A stretch of DNA of 63,794 nt, filler included, from Octopus bimaculoides (lineage: Eukaryota), in NCBI RefSeq assembly GCF_001194135.2. It is 11 parts of 11 records of this genome, joined end to end, with 100 filler letters (N's around TTAATTAATTAA, not from the genome) between each part and the next. Parts side by side here need not be neighbours in the genome. Positions count along the whole stretch, not along the records: positions 1 to 2,107 come from NC_069001.1; positions 2,208 to 4,773 come from NC_068990.1; positions 4,874 to 12,625 come from NC_068982.1; positions 12,726 to 24,671 come from NC_068997.1; 7 more parts are not named here. One strand, written 5' to 3'. Of the stretch, positions 1 to 12,834 are shown in pieces. The translations under genes and the position numbers were made by a program. Positions within the stretch are counted from its first letter, which is position 1, and every line of letters begins with the position of its first letter. The notes under the pieces are model-generated. The model worked only from the letters and a program-made list of their open reading frames with translations. It was not told the origin of the DNA and did not search any database.

Positions 1-7
1 AGACACA

Positions 8-51
<44 letters not shown>

Positions 52-451
52 CTCTCTCTTTCACATACACACATATACGACGGGCTTCTTTCAGTTTCCG
101 TCTACCAAATCCACTCACAAGGCTTAAACAGAGAGATTAAATAATACACTGATTTATATAATTTCTAATTGGAAATGCCTTACCTGTTTGTCTGACATGT
201 AGAACTTTGTAGTTCCTATTAGCAAATGAAACACGTGTAATGGTGAATAGATGATACCAGAAAATTTCCAATTTCTGTTTCTTTTTTGCTTTGTGCAAAT
301 AACTCTGCAAATAAAATTCCCATAATTCTCAATTTTAATATGTATTTTGCACTAGAAGGCAGCAACAACAGAGAGAAGGTATTGGATTGAAATAATCGAA
401 TAAGCAGGTGGGCTTCAGAAGGAAACAGCTGGGATTTACTCTAAACTACCA

Positions 452-500
<49 letters not shown>

Positions 501-1008
501 TACATACATATATACATATATATGTATATATATANNNNNNNNNNTATATATATGAAATAATTAAGGTGGTTAGACACAATTTTAAACGGAAAAGGAAATA
601 ATTCACCGTCACTAAAAGTGATCAAGTGTGTAGTGAGTATATATATATGTATATATATATACACACACACACTTACACATGTATACATACGCATTCACAC
701 CCATGTGTGTGTGTGTGCATGAAGATAACAGCCTAAACTATACGGACTTAAGAACTGGAACATCGTAAAACACGTTGTCAACAAACGAAACATACCAATA
801 GACTCAATAACTTCCAAATGTCATCATCGTTTTATATATCTCTATATATATAGGTATATAAATAGATCTGTTAGTCAGAACAATCACTCTCTCGCTCACA
901 CGCCTGAACACACACACTCACACACACACACACACATATGCACTTCTGGCACAACTCAGTTGCTCTGTAATGTATTGCACACACACACACATATATATAT
1001 ATATTTAT

Positions 1009-1046
<38 letters not shown>

Positions 1047-1264
1047 GTGTATGTATGTATATATGTATTAAATAAGTACTGGGGTCGATTAAAAGTCTTG
1101 AAGGCGGTGCCCCAGCATCACTGAAACAAATAAAAGTTACACACACACACACACACACATACACACACACATACACACACACACACATACACACACACAT
1201 ACACACACACACGTACACACACACACACACGTACACACACACACATACACATACACACACACAC

Positions 1265-1406
1265 CTGGGTTCTAATTCGTAAGGTATTTTTCGATGTTAT
1301 TATTTTTACTATTATTATTATTAATATTATTATTACTATTATTCACTACCTGGAATCGAACTCGGAATCTTGGAGTCAGTAGCCTGCGCTCTTAACTACT
1401 ACGCCA
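1265..1406 (-). mobile_element. tRNA-derived SINE 5' part (fourth family; A/B boxes plus (AAT)n linker)
   Basis: Minus strand reads TGGCGTAGTAGTTAAG (A-box-like)...GAGTTCGATTCC (B-box), then an AT-rich (AAT)n tract. Confidence 0.65.
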
Positions 1407-1586
1407 GATTTCCCCAAGGCACCTGATGAAGGCTGGAGGGTATATTGAGTTCCAGGCTCTTGAGAAGTGTGGAACCACCCTCGTAGCCACTGTTGTACCC
1501 ACCTCTACTCTCACCTGGAAGCATAGCACCTGCGAGGTGCTCAACAATTTATTAATTACTATATTAATGAGCCAACTTGACAAGAA

Positions 1587-1983
1587 ATGATATCAACGTC
1601 TGGATGCACCACAAGTGAGGGAACCCCTAGATGTTGTCACATTGTCCTCTTCGAAGAAGCACACTCTAATGTAAAACCGACAGTTTCACACAGTCATTGG
1701 TGGTCTTGCTTCGTCCTGTCACTAGACACCAACCACGGTGACTCAGAGAGTGGTGCTCTTGGTGGAGAAGCTTTTGTCACCATAATCCAATGATGTACAG
1801 GTGTCTCTTCATGGTGACCTCATTTGTCATTCCATCCACTCGAAGTCCTCGGCCGATGGCAGAGTGGCGACGTGTGCAGACAGAACCACTTGGAAACTAT
1901 GCAGAACTCCAGCGAGATTAAATAGCCATCTGAGAAGCCATGGATGGGGAGTCAGAAGTGCTGTTAACAACAAGGAATCATAG
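1587..1983 (+). mobile_element. Decayed RTE-like LINE 3' fragment
   Basis: Translation contains ...LHGDL...ADRTTWKLCRTPARLNSHLRSH, resembling the RTE ORF C-terminus (DR..W motif and C/H finger) with internal deletions. Confidence 0.45.
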
Positions 1984-2069
1984 AGAAACGGCAAACACTT
2001 GTAAAAATGGAGCAAGCATGCATATACACGTGGTCCGCTAGAATCTTTATGTTATATAATATATGACAT

Positions 2070-2107
<38 letters not shown>

Positions 2108-2207
2108 NNNNNNNNNNNNNNNNNNNNNNNNNNNNNNNNNNNNNNNNNNNNTTAATTAATTAANNNNNNNNNNNNNNNNNNNNNNNNNNNNNNNNNNNNN
2201 NNNNNNN

Positions 2208-2905
2208 CATCCCCATCATCATCATAATTAATATCATCGTCATCTTCATCACCACTACCATCATCATCATCATCATCATCACCACTACCACTAACATCAC
2301 CACCACCACCCCACCAGAACCACCACCACCCCACCTCCCAGCATCATCATCACCATCCCCATCATCATCATAATTAATATCATCATCGTCATCTTCATCA
2401 CCACTACCATCATCATCATCATCATCACCACTACCACTAACATCACCACTACCATCATCACCACCACCACCACCGCCAATATGATTATCACCGGCAACAC
2501 GTCACCGTCAGAAACAGTGGCAGAAGACCAATCAACGTGGTTAATGTCACACACACACTATCACCGCATCATCATCACCACCATCATCATCCGCTGCGCT
2601 TAGGGTTGGGGTTACCATTTCTACACTAGTAGCACCAATATCATCACCATCGTGATTACCTCTACTACTACTACTACTACTACTACCATCACCTCCGCCG
2701 TCACCATCATATTCCCCACCTTTACTTATCATCACCACCTTCTTCATCATCACCACTGCCACTACCACCAGCTTCATCACCATCTTCCACGCAGCTGTCA
2801 GCATCACCACAGTCATCACCAACAACACCGCCACCATTATTATTATTCTCAGACTACTACAACTGTCATCATCATCATCAGCATCAGCAGCAGCAGCAGC
2901 AGCGG
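2208..2905. repeat. (CAT/CAC/CAG)n low-complexity trinucleotide tract with an internal ~148 bp near-duplication
   Basis: Direct reading; 2208-2310 recurs at ~2356-2460. Confidence 0.9.
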
Positions 2906-4087
2906 TGAGGATTGAATTCCTAAATGGAATTTGAACTCAGAACGTAAAGAGCCGGAACAAACACTGCAATGTGCTCTAACAATTCCCTCAGCCCTCTGCC
3001 ATGCACTGGTATTTTATCTTTTCAATCGACCCCTGAAGAAAAGAGAAGTAAATTTGTCCCTGGCGGGATTTGAACTCAGAGTGCAGTAGTAAGCCGGCAC
3101 AAATACCGCAAAATATTCTATCCAAAGCTCAAACGACTCTACCAGTTCACCTTCTTATGAGCCTTAAGAGCGATGGATTAGCAAGACTATTAGAACTTCG
3201 GGGAGAAATGCTATGCAGTTTTTCTTGCACATCTATTTTTTTTAGTTTAAATTGTGCCGAAGTCAACAAGGATGAATAAAATGAAATACTACTCAAGTGT
3301 GGGAATAGATGTTATAGAATACATCTCTTCCTTCATAAATGCAAGCCTTGTGCCTAAATTAGAAATCATATATTGATATTGTCGTTATTTATGTTGTTGT
3401 TGTTTTTATTGTTGTTTTCGTCATCTTCATATAGCTACCTTCAAAATTATTTGTTGGACTATTCGAAATATTTTCATTAAAATGCTCGTTATTTTTCTCC
3501 TTTTGTAATTTTGTGGTTTTTGTGATGCCTTTTTTGTCTTGCTTGCTGTTGTAATATTTACAATCTGATTTCGTTTTGCTTTTTTATTATTATTATTTCT
3601 TTTTTTTTTTTTTGTACGTATGTGTGTCCCATTTTGATGCAGAATCGATCACGGCCTTGGAGGATAATCAGTTTCTTTTTTGTTTCCAGCCCCTGAGAGT
3701 TATATTTCTTAAATCTTATCGACAGAAACTAATTTCGAGCGTAACATAGCGGCGATATCGCCGATCATGAAACATGAGAGGAAAGAAGGGGTTGGTTTCA
3801 GCAGTGAGGAGGATTTTGACACTCAAAACTTCCCATTCAATACGAGATTTTCCCCCTCTCATAGTCACTAATTCATTCATGAACACTGATACTACCAGCC
3901 TCGTGAATGGAAGCAGTAACAAAATGACAACAGCAAAAGTAACAATAATAACAATAAAAGTAAAACAGAGGAAAGCAACAGCACCAAGATCTGGAAAAAG
4001 AAGATGGATCGGAACATTGATAACAGCCAGCTACCATTCCCATCATCATCATAATCACCACAAGGACCAACACTAACACCAATAACA

Positions 4088-4640
4088 CTACAGGATGCAG
4101 AGTTCAAGATTTAGGTCAAGGTGTTAGCAAAAAAGTTAGTCCTTGCCGTCGGTAGTTTGTTCGGGGAAGAGCAGACCTGCGTAATCCATAGAACTATCCA
4201 CAACGTCTACCTCATAGAGAGAAAGGAAAATAAACATTGGCTTCCTTATGGCTCCGATTAATTTGTATTAATAGAAAGCTTTTGACAGAGTTAACCAAGG
4301 GAGCTAATGTTGGTCCTGTTTTCAGAGGTTGTACTGCTTGGAGTCGGCACGATGGTCAGAAGAAATGATTGCTAACAGGAAGCGTTTCAAGTCACTCACT
4401 CGCTTCATCATGTGCATCTAGCACCATTTTAAAGGAATACGGGACAAAGACGGGAGCAAAAATTAAACCAAACAAATCGCTGGACTTAAAGATGAGCGCC
4501 TTGACAGCATTGTGGAGAGACGGACATACAGAATAGTATATTCAGGAGAATATAAACTAAGACGAGATTACGAGCAGAGTGGCTAGTGTCATCTAGAAAT
4601 GGGCTGAGAAAAAACTATTTCCGCCAAGTCGAACAGAGGC
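4088..4640 (+). mobile_element. Tx1/L1-clade reverse transcriptase fragment (pseudogenised)
   Basis: Frame reads DAEFKI*VKVLAKKLVLAVGSLFGEEQTCVIHRTIHN...INLY**KAFDRVNQ...GPVFRG, i.e. the early RT subdomains (KILAK, QT.., KAFDRV) with stops and frameshifts. Confidence 0.75.
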
Positions 4641-4741
4641 AGTGAACGAGTACATCGCCTCCCTTATACATTTACAGGCCGTTATGTTTTGTTGTAGTTT
4701 TTATCTGGCCAAGTTGAACATCTGTTTTTTCAATTCTTGTG

Positions 4742-4773
<32 letters not shown>

Positions 4774-4873
4774 NNNNNNNNNNNNNNNNNNNNNNNNNNN
4801 NNNNNNNNNNNNNNNNNTTAATTAATTAANNNNNNNNNNNNNNNNNNNNNNNNNNNNNNNNNNNNNNNNNNNN

Positions 4874-4906
<33 letters not shown>

Positions 4907-6418
4907 GTAAATGTTTATATGTGTATATGTGTGTATGTATACAGTTGTTTCTTGATTTACTCTGTGTTCAGATTACACGATTGTACTTCAGCATGGTTTA
5001 GACTTTATTCAATGATTTACCTTTTTCTTTCACCTTAATTTTAGATTTATAGAAACAACCAACCCCACATTTCCCTTTTGATATTCAATTTCCTTCCACT
5101 TTTACTTCCATTTTACTTCTTCAATAGTGAGGTGTACAACATTTTAAATTAACATTTAGGCTACAAATTTTGTTCATATTTCGTTATATAATTTGGAGAT
5201 TAAAAATAGAGTTTCAAATACCAAAAATATTGATTTCTCTTAAAATAAAACTTAATATATTAAATCATCTTCAAAAGATGGAAGGGGTTCAAAAGAAACT
5301 ACGAAATATTTAATATGAATGAAGTAAATACTGGAACAAGCAAAAGAAATGAAGAATGAGCCAGGGCCAATATAATCACTGGATCTTCAATAAATTAAAA
5401 CAGACATGTATAACAACATTATAGAGACAGTGGGAAAAGATCTATTATTTTGGATAGAAGATATAAACCGGTATTACGAAGGTGCCGATATATATATATA
5501 TATANNNNNNNNNNNNNNNNNNNNNNNNNNNNNNNNNNNNNNNNNNNNNNNNNNNNNNNNNNNNNNNNNNNNNNNNNNNNNNNNNNNNNNNNNNNNNNNN
5601 NNNNNNNNNNNNNNNNNNNNNNNNNNNNNNNNNNNNNNNNNNNNNNNNNNNNNNNNNNNNNNNNNNNNNNNNNNNNNNNNNNNNNNNNNNNNNNNNNNNN
5701 NNNNNNNNNNNNNNNNNNNNNNNNNNNNNNNNNNNNNNNNNNNNNNNNNNNNNNNNNNNNNNNNNNNNNNNNNNNNNNNNNNNNNNNNNNNNNNNNNNNN
5801 NNNNNNNNNNNNNNNNNNNNNNNNNNNNNNNNNNNNNNNNNNNNNNNNNNNNNNNNNNNNNNNNNNNNNNNNNNNNNNNNNNNNNNNNNNNNNNNNNNNN
5901 NNNNNNNNNNNNNNNNNNNNNNNNNNNNNNNNNNNNNNNNNNNNNNNNNNNNNNNNNNNNNNNNNNNNNNNNNNNNNNNNNNNNNNNNNNNNNNNNNNNN
6001 NNNNNNNNNNNNNNNNNNNNNNNNNNNNNNNNNNNNNNNNNNNNNNNNNNNNNNNNNNNNNNNNNNNNNNNNNNNNNNNNNNNNNNNNNNNNNNNNNNNN
6101 NNNNNNNNNNNNNNNNNNNNNNNNNNNNNNNNNNNNNNNNNNNNNNNNNNNNNNNNNNNNNNNNNNNNNNNNNNNNNNNNNNNNNNNNNNNNNNNNNNNN
6201 NNNNNNNNNNNNNNNNNNNNNNNNNNNNNNNNNNNNNNNNNNNNNNNNNNNNNNNNNNNNNNNNNNNNNNNNNNNNNNNNNNNNNNNNNNNNNNNNNNNN
6301 NNNNNNNNNNNNNNNNNNNNNNNNNNNNNNNNNNNNNNNNNNNNNNNNNNNNNNNNNNNNNNNNNNNNNNNNNNNNNNNNNNNNNNNNNNNNATGCGTGT
6401 GTGTATGTGTTTGTGTGT

Positions 6419-6469
<51 letters not shown>

Positions 6470-6624
6470 TGTGTGTGTGAAAACAGGATCGAAAGTCTTT
6501 TCCAAGTCATCGGATTCTGTGGCCTATATATAATATTCCTGGACTGGACACGGATCCGTCGCAAGTTAACCAGTTTTTTTTCTAGCTGAGGGGACTGGGG
6601 TAATATGTAATGAAGTGTTTACAA

Positions 6625-6705
6625 CTTACCACCCGCTTCGGGAATTGAGACCAATATCTTATAATTGTGAGATCAACACCTTAACCACAATGTCACGCAC
6701 CTCCG
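6625..6705 (-). mobile_element. SINE family C 5' head fragment (tRNA-like)
   Basis: Minus strand GGAGGTGCGTGACATTGTGGTTAAGG...CTCAATTCC; similar to the heads at 23135 (+) and 46325 (-). Confidence 0.5.
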
Positions 6706-6813
6706 CATATGTCTATATATGTATATGTATATGCATATATACATACACATGTATATTTGTATGCACACACACACACACACACTCACATGCACACACACAC
6801 ACACATTCACACA

Positions 6814-6871
<58 letters not shown>

Positions 6872-7672
6872 NNNNNNNNNNNNNNNNNNNNNNNNNNNNN
6901 NNNNNNNNNNNNNNNNNNNNNNNNNNNNNNNNNNNNNNNNNNNNNNNNNNNNNNNNNNNNNNNNNNNNNNNNNNNNNNNNNNNNNNNNNNNNNNNNNNNN
7001 NNNNNNNNNNNNNNNNNNNNNNNNNNNNNNNNNNNNNNNNNNNNNNNNNNNNNNNNNNNNNNNNNNNNNNNNNNNNNNNNNNNNNNNNNNNNNNNNNNNN
7101 NNNNNNNNNNNNNNNNNNNNNNNNNNNNNNNNNNNNNNNNNNNNNNNNNNNNNNNNNNNNNNNNNNNNNNNNNNNNNNNNNNNNNNNNNNNNNNNNNNNN
7201 NNNNNNNNNNNNNNNNNNNNNNNNNNNNNNNNNNNNNNNNNNNNNNNNNNNNNNNNNNNNNNNNNNNNNNNNNNNNNNNNNNNNNNNNNNNNNNNNNNNN
7301 NNNNNNNNNNNNNNNNNNNNNNNNNNNNNNNNNNNNNNNNNNNNNNNNNNNNNNNNNNNNNNNNNNNNNNNNNNNNNNNNNNNNNNNNNNNNNNNNNNNN
7401 NNNNNNNNNNNNNNGATGTGCAACAAGGTGGAAAAAAGAGTACTCAAATACCAGAGGTAGAGTAATATGCTTTATTTAAAAGCAGCAGAAATATAACAAA
7501 TGATTGTTATTTCTGCTGCTTTTAAATAAAGTATATATATATATATATATATATAAATACACATGCATATACACACGTGCACGTATATATACATATACAC
7601 ACACAAACGCGCCCGCGCGCACACACGCACACACATATGAGTGATGCGAATATTGTCTCAGCAGTGACTCAC

Positions 7673-7761
7673 GAGATTGCCAGATGCGTTTCGGCCTTCC
7701 TGGGGCCTTCTCAATTACGTGTATCCGTTTGTCGTACACCTCTGAACAAAATTTGTCCGGC
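7673..7761 (-). CDS. Candidate internal coding exon, unknown protein (PDKFCSEVYDKRIHVIEKAPGRPKRIWQS)
   Basis: Acceptor ttctctatatatatataccag|G and donor C|GTGAGT, open frame. The + strand is also open in register, so strand is uncertain. Confidence 0.35.
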
Positions 7762-8102
7762 CTGGTATATATATAGAGAAGTGAATAATACATGTCACGT
7801 TGAAGTAAATACGATGTACGCATTAAATATAAATAACAAACAGCTTACCATCCTTCACATATATACGACTACGTAAAGCATGATACCCAGACGGTTATCT
7901 TATGTTAATGCTGTTTTAATTATGTACACCGACTTTATTTCAGCCCAGCACGCTTTCTTTGATATCAGCGGATATATATTCATTGCTCTGTATAAGACGA
8001 AGAGGATAAATTGTGTTTAAACATGGGAAATTGAGTAGGCACAACTGACAAGGCGTCTCTCAAAGCCAAGATATGTCTGACATTATCATGAGTTACAGTA
8101 AG

Positions 8103-8520
8103 CCAGCGTGCTTGTAGAAATGTTAGCACGCGGGTGAAATGCTTAGCACTATTTCGTTCTGAGTTCAAATTCCGCCAAGGTTGACTTTGCTTTTAATCTT
8201 TTCGGGATTGATAAATTAAGTCCCAGTTACGTCCTGGAGTCCATCTAATCGACTGCCCCCTTCCCCCAAAATTTCAGGCCTTGTGCCTTGAGTGGAAAAG
8301 AATATTAAAGGGCGGTGAGCTGGCAGAAGCGTTAGCACGCCGGGCGAAATACTTGGCGGAATTTCGTGTCTTTACATTCTGAGTTCCAATTCCGCCGATG
8401 TCGATATTCCCTTTCATCCTTTCGGGATCAATAAACTAAGTACCAGTTGCGTAATGGGGTCGATCTAATCGACTAGCCCCCTCCCCAAAAATTTCGGGCC
8501 CTTTGCCTGAGTAGAAAAGA
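8103..8520 (+). mobile_element. Two tandem SINE family A copies
   Basis: ggcggtgagctggcagaa..gttagcacgccgggcgaaat..ctgagttc.aattcc..cctttcatcctttcggg..taagtaccag; units 8103-8303 and 8311-8520. Confidence 0.9.
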
Positions 8521-8698
8521 TTAACATGAGTTATTACTGCGATGATGTTCAGGTATATATTTTTTAGACATGTCTACGGAGAGAATTTCTCTTACACGAA
8601 AACTACAGTATCCTGCTTTTCAGTATATATACGTTAAGCTCGGTACATGTATGCCTACTGGCATTTAATACTGTAATTATAATATGACGTATATAAAT

Positions 8699-8917
8699 AT
8701 TTCTTTATTGTCCACAGGGCACTGAACACAGAGGGGAAAAACAAAGGGTTTAAGTCGATTACATCGATCCCAGTACGTAATTGATATTTATTTAATCGAC
8801 CCCGAAAGAATGAAACGCAAAGTCGACCTCGGCGGATTTGAACTCAGAACTTAACGGCAGACGAAATACCGTTCAGCATTTCGCCCGGCGTGCTAACGAT
8901 TCTGCCAGCTGACCGCC
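8699..8917 (-). mobile_element. SINE family A (tail type 1)
   Basis: Full head, central domain and ...gtggacaataaagaaata tail. Confidence 0.9.
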
Positions 8918-9305
8918 TCTATATGTGTGTTGTGTGTGTGTGTGTGCGCGCGCGCGCGGGTGTACATAGTATAAATATATACTATCGCTATTCATTATCC
9001 GAATTTCAATAAGTTTAATATTTTTTTTGTATTTTTATTAGTATCACTTAGCTTCGTCTATTAAACCTGTCTCTTCATATTACGTCTGGAGTTTCAAAAT
9101 CGCTTCAACCCACTTAAATCAATTCGCCAAATATTTTTCTCCCCAGAATCTTGTTTCTCTGTATTACTCTCTACATCCAACGATTTTCTTCTTCTCTGTC
9201 TATTTTGCTATATAAAATTTTGCAGCATCGACTTTCAGATATTGAATCTCTACACAAACCTTACTGACCTCACTAATTCCTGAAGATGTCATTAACACTT
9301 CACCA

Positions 9306-9459
9306 GGCTGTGTGGTACGTAGCTTGTTTACCAACCACATGGTTCTGGGTTCAGTCCTACTGCGTGACACCTTGGGCAAGTGTCTTCCACTATAGCCTCG
9401 GGCCGACCAAAGCCTTGTGAGTGGATTTGGTAGACGGAAACCGAAAGAAGCCCGTCGGA

Positions 9460-9503
<44 letters not shown>

Positions 9504-9654
9504 CATATGTTTGTGTGTCTGTGTTTGTCCCCCCAACATCGCGTGACAACCGATGCTGGTGTGTTTACGTCCCCGTAATCTTGCGGTTCGGCAAAAGAGA
9601 CTGATAGAATAAGTACTAGGCTTATAAAGAATAAGTCCTGGGGTCTATTTACTC
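9306..9654 (+). mobile_element. SINE family B (CORE-like ccttgggcaagtgtc) with internal microsatellite
   Basis: tRNA-like head, CORE-like motif, (TA)n/(TG)n spacer and conserved tail; many homologous copies in the window. Confidence 0.9.
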
Positions 9655-9703
9655 NNNNNNNNNNTGAGTGAAGCTACCAGATGTTTAGGGATTTTTTTTC
9701 CTG

Positions 9704-10162
9704 CAGTGGCGGACTGGCCAGGTTGCCAACTTGGCCGATAGCAAGTGGGCCACTGTGTCATTAGAATCCTTATATGGGGGCCCATGTTAGTATCTAAGTG
9801 GCCCATCCCCACAAGTTTGAGAATTTCTTATTCACTCCTGGAAGAATGCATTAATTATTTCAGCCTGGCTGTGTTTGTAGAGAGTTGAAAAGAATACTCT
9901 TTTCTACTCTAGGCACAAGGTTCGAAATTTTTTTTTTGTGTGGGGGGGGGGGCAGTCGATTAGATCGACCCAGTACGCAACTGGTACTTAATTTATCGAC
10001 CAAAGGTAAAGTCGACCTAGAATACTTTAAAAAAATTTAAATGATAGCATTGTAGTCGCGAGTTGGCCCCCTTGTAGTTGCAGGTACCCCCACCCCTTGT
10101 AGTTGCGGGTGGGCCCCCTTAGTCTCTTGGCAACCAATACTTTTAGACCCAGTCCACCACTG
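9704..10162. mobile_element. hAT-type MITE carrying a nested SINE A fragment (~9895-10020)
   Basis: TIR cagtggcggactgg / ccagtccaccactg; 8-bp TSD ttttcctg / tttacctg (7 of 8 identical). Confidence 0.8.
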
Positions 10163-10308
10163 TTTACCTGTATTAAATGAATATCATGTTGAGCAAGAAT
10201 TCGTCTCTTTAATCATATACCGAGTACTGTTCAAGATGAAAGCTACGAAAACTGACAGTATATTGTTTTATGAACCCCAGTGATTGACAAACACATATCA
10301 CTTTTTAC

Positions 10309-10435
10309 CGTGTTCGCCTTTCTCGCAGACACTTCGCCATTGTTGATTCCTTTTGATAGAGTTGTTGGGAGTGGAAGCGTGACGGGGTGTCGGTGATTTT
10401 TCCATCATTGTTCTTGTTTTCCTTGTCAGTAATTA
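10309..10435 (-). CDS. Candidate coding exon, unknown protein (LITDKENKNNDGKITDTPSRFHSQQLYQKESTMAKCLRERRT)
   Basis: Open frame ending at CG|GTAAAA (phase 2), compatible with the phase-2 start of the 7761 candidate. Acceptor position ambiguous. Confidence 0.3.
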
Positions 10436-11139
10436 ATCCTGACTGAATAAACTAGGATCAAATGCATCCTTTTCATCATGATCCCGCTTTTTCGGTAATA
10501 TTTACGATTACTTTATCCAGTAGGTCTTTCTTCTTTTTCAAAACGGCATGTTCTTATTTATTTGCTATTTCTAGCACACCGAACGACTGCCTATAAACTC
10601 GCACGCAAAGCTCGTAAGGCTTTTTTTTTTATGTCGAACTGCCTCACATGGAATTAAACGACCATCTAAAAGAAATACGCCTCAATTCACGTAACTGAGA
10701 CAACACAATAAGCAATTCTCCCCTCTTTGTTGCCGTAATCCAAAAAATGCATAAATTTATCTAGCACACGCTTAGCTTAGGGACAAGTTGAGCTGCGTTC
10801 TATATTGACTATCAAGACACAAAAGAACGATCGAGCTCATAGCTGGTTCGACACCTTATCCAATATCCCATAGCACCTCACATTCCGAAGGATATGAATT
10901 AAACGCTAAACATAAAGACTAAAATAAACAAACTAAATGTTGCGTCATTGATTTCTGTAGTTTATCTTGGAGCCAAATAGAAAATCGATGGAACATTTAT
11001 TCTAAAAGTTCTTTGGTTTTTTTCATCTTAGCTTGACACAAAAATTTCCTATCTCGCCAAAAAATTGTGGACCTAACACCCAGATATGTTCTTTCAAAAC
11101 ATCAAACTTCTTTTGTTTGTATAGAAGTGGGTGAGGTTG

Positions 11140-11657
11140 GGGGTGCTTGGAAGGAGATGAAATGGAAGAAAGGGAAGACGAAGACGGTGGAGGGGAAGGA
11201 AGAGAAGGAGGAGGAGGAGGAGGAGGGGAAGAAGAAGAAGAAGAAGAAGAAGAAGAAGACAGGAAGGGAAGTTGAAGAAGTGCATAACAAGGAAGAATAG
11301 TATAAAAAAAAGTAAAAATTGAACATAAGGAAATCAAAAACAACAAAATCAGCAATACTGATATGAAAACAACAAAAGATACAAAACAAAAATAGGGGGA
11401 ATAAAATAAACAAGTAAAAACCAGTAAAAATTATAAAGAAATGGGTATAAAATGTGTATGTCAGAAGAAGACAGATCGAAACAACTGAAAATCCTTCCCA
11501 GAAAGCTGAAAGTTTGCTCAAAGAAAGCAGTCAAGTGGAAACGGACAGATAGACGCACACATAGAGTTGAGTATGGCAAATAGACAGGTGAAGTGGGAAG
11601 GGTGAAAAGGTGAAAGTGAAAGTGAAAGTGAAAGTAATGGAAGAGAGTGACGGGGCC

Positions 11658-11714
<57 letters not shown>

Positions 11715-11985
11715 GAATGTATGTGAGAATGACAGAGACGGAATCTAAGATTGGGAAAAGAAGTGTGAGGAGTAAAAATAAAAATACAGAAATATTTGCA
11801 AGACGGAGAAATGAGAGAGAAAGTGAGAGAGAGAGAAAGAGAGAAGGAGAGAGAGAGAAGGAGAGAAAGAGAGAAGGAGAGAGAGAGAGAAAGAGAGAAG
11901 GAGAGAGAGAGAGAAAGAGAGAAGGAGACAGAGAGAGAGAGAAAGAGAGAAGGAGAGAGAGAGAGGAAGAGAGAGTGCTGGTATA
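11140..11985. repeat. Purine-rich low-complexity region: (GAA)n/(GAG)n, (GACA)n and a ~24-bp GA minisatellite
   Basis: Direct reading. Confidence 0.9.
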
Positions 11986-12339
11986 ATGAAATAAAGGCTT
12001 GCTTATCACAGTGAGTGAGTAATAAAATGAAAGAAAGGGTTTCTATAGAGAGAGGAATGACAGAGGTTTGTAACATTTTTGCTTTCCCATGGAAAAACCT
12101 ATCTGAGTTGTAACGATTTTCACCTTTCAAATGTTTATTAGATGGCTAAGTGAGACTGAAGTGATTTTGTTTCAATCAAGATTCGAAACCACCCTAAAGA
12201 TTACTACACCTTCACGAACATATTTCGGTGGTGTACATGCATGTGTGTGAGCGTGTGTTTGTGTGTGTGTGAGTGAGTGTGTGAGTGGGTGGGTGTGTTT
12301 GAGCACATATGTATATAGATAGATAGGTTCTTAGGTTGG

Positions 12340-12725
12340 TATGTAGGTAGATACGTTGATAGATAGATAAATAGGTAGATAGATAGATAGATAGATAGTA
12401 GGTAGGTAGGTAGGTAGGTAGGTAGGTAGGTAGGTAGGTAGGTAGGTAGATAGATAGAAAGACAGATGGGTAGGTAGGTAAGTAGGTAGATAGATAGATA
12501 AACAGGTAGGTAAGTAGGTAGGTAGATACATTTCTTTTATTAGCCACACAGGGCTCAACGAAGATGGGACAAATACAATGTAGAGCTTTTCTTTTTGGGA
12601 GGGGGAAGGAAGGAAAAAAAAAAGTNNNNNNNNNNNNNNNNNNNNNNNNNNNNNNNNNNNNNNNNNNNNTTAATTAATTAANNNNNNNNNNNNNNNNNNN
12701 NNNNNNNNNNNNNNNNNNNNNNNNN

Positions 12726-12790
<65 letters not shown>

Positions 12791-12830
12791 ACTATCTCTT
12801 CTATCTATCTATATATCTATCTATCTATCT
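12340..12830. repeat. (GATA)n/(GGTA)n and (TCTA)n tetranucleotide microsatellites
   Basis: Direct reading. Confidence 0.95.
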
Positions 12831-12834
12831 AACA

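Noticed and set aside
5200-5480. A-rich segment with a PGP-like motif and a short ORF before a gap
   Set aside because: Too short and degenerate to assign to any element or gene.
5406-7479. Long ORFs of 240-450 aa in the track (also 29.4-30.8, 31.7-32.4, 50.6-51.4, 58.8-59.5, 62.1-63.1 kb)
   Set aside because: They are mostly X residues read through N-gaps.
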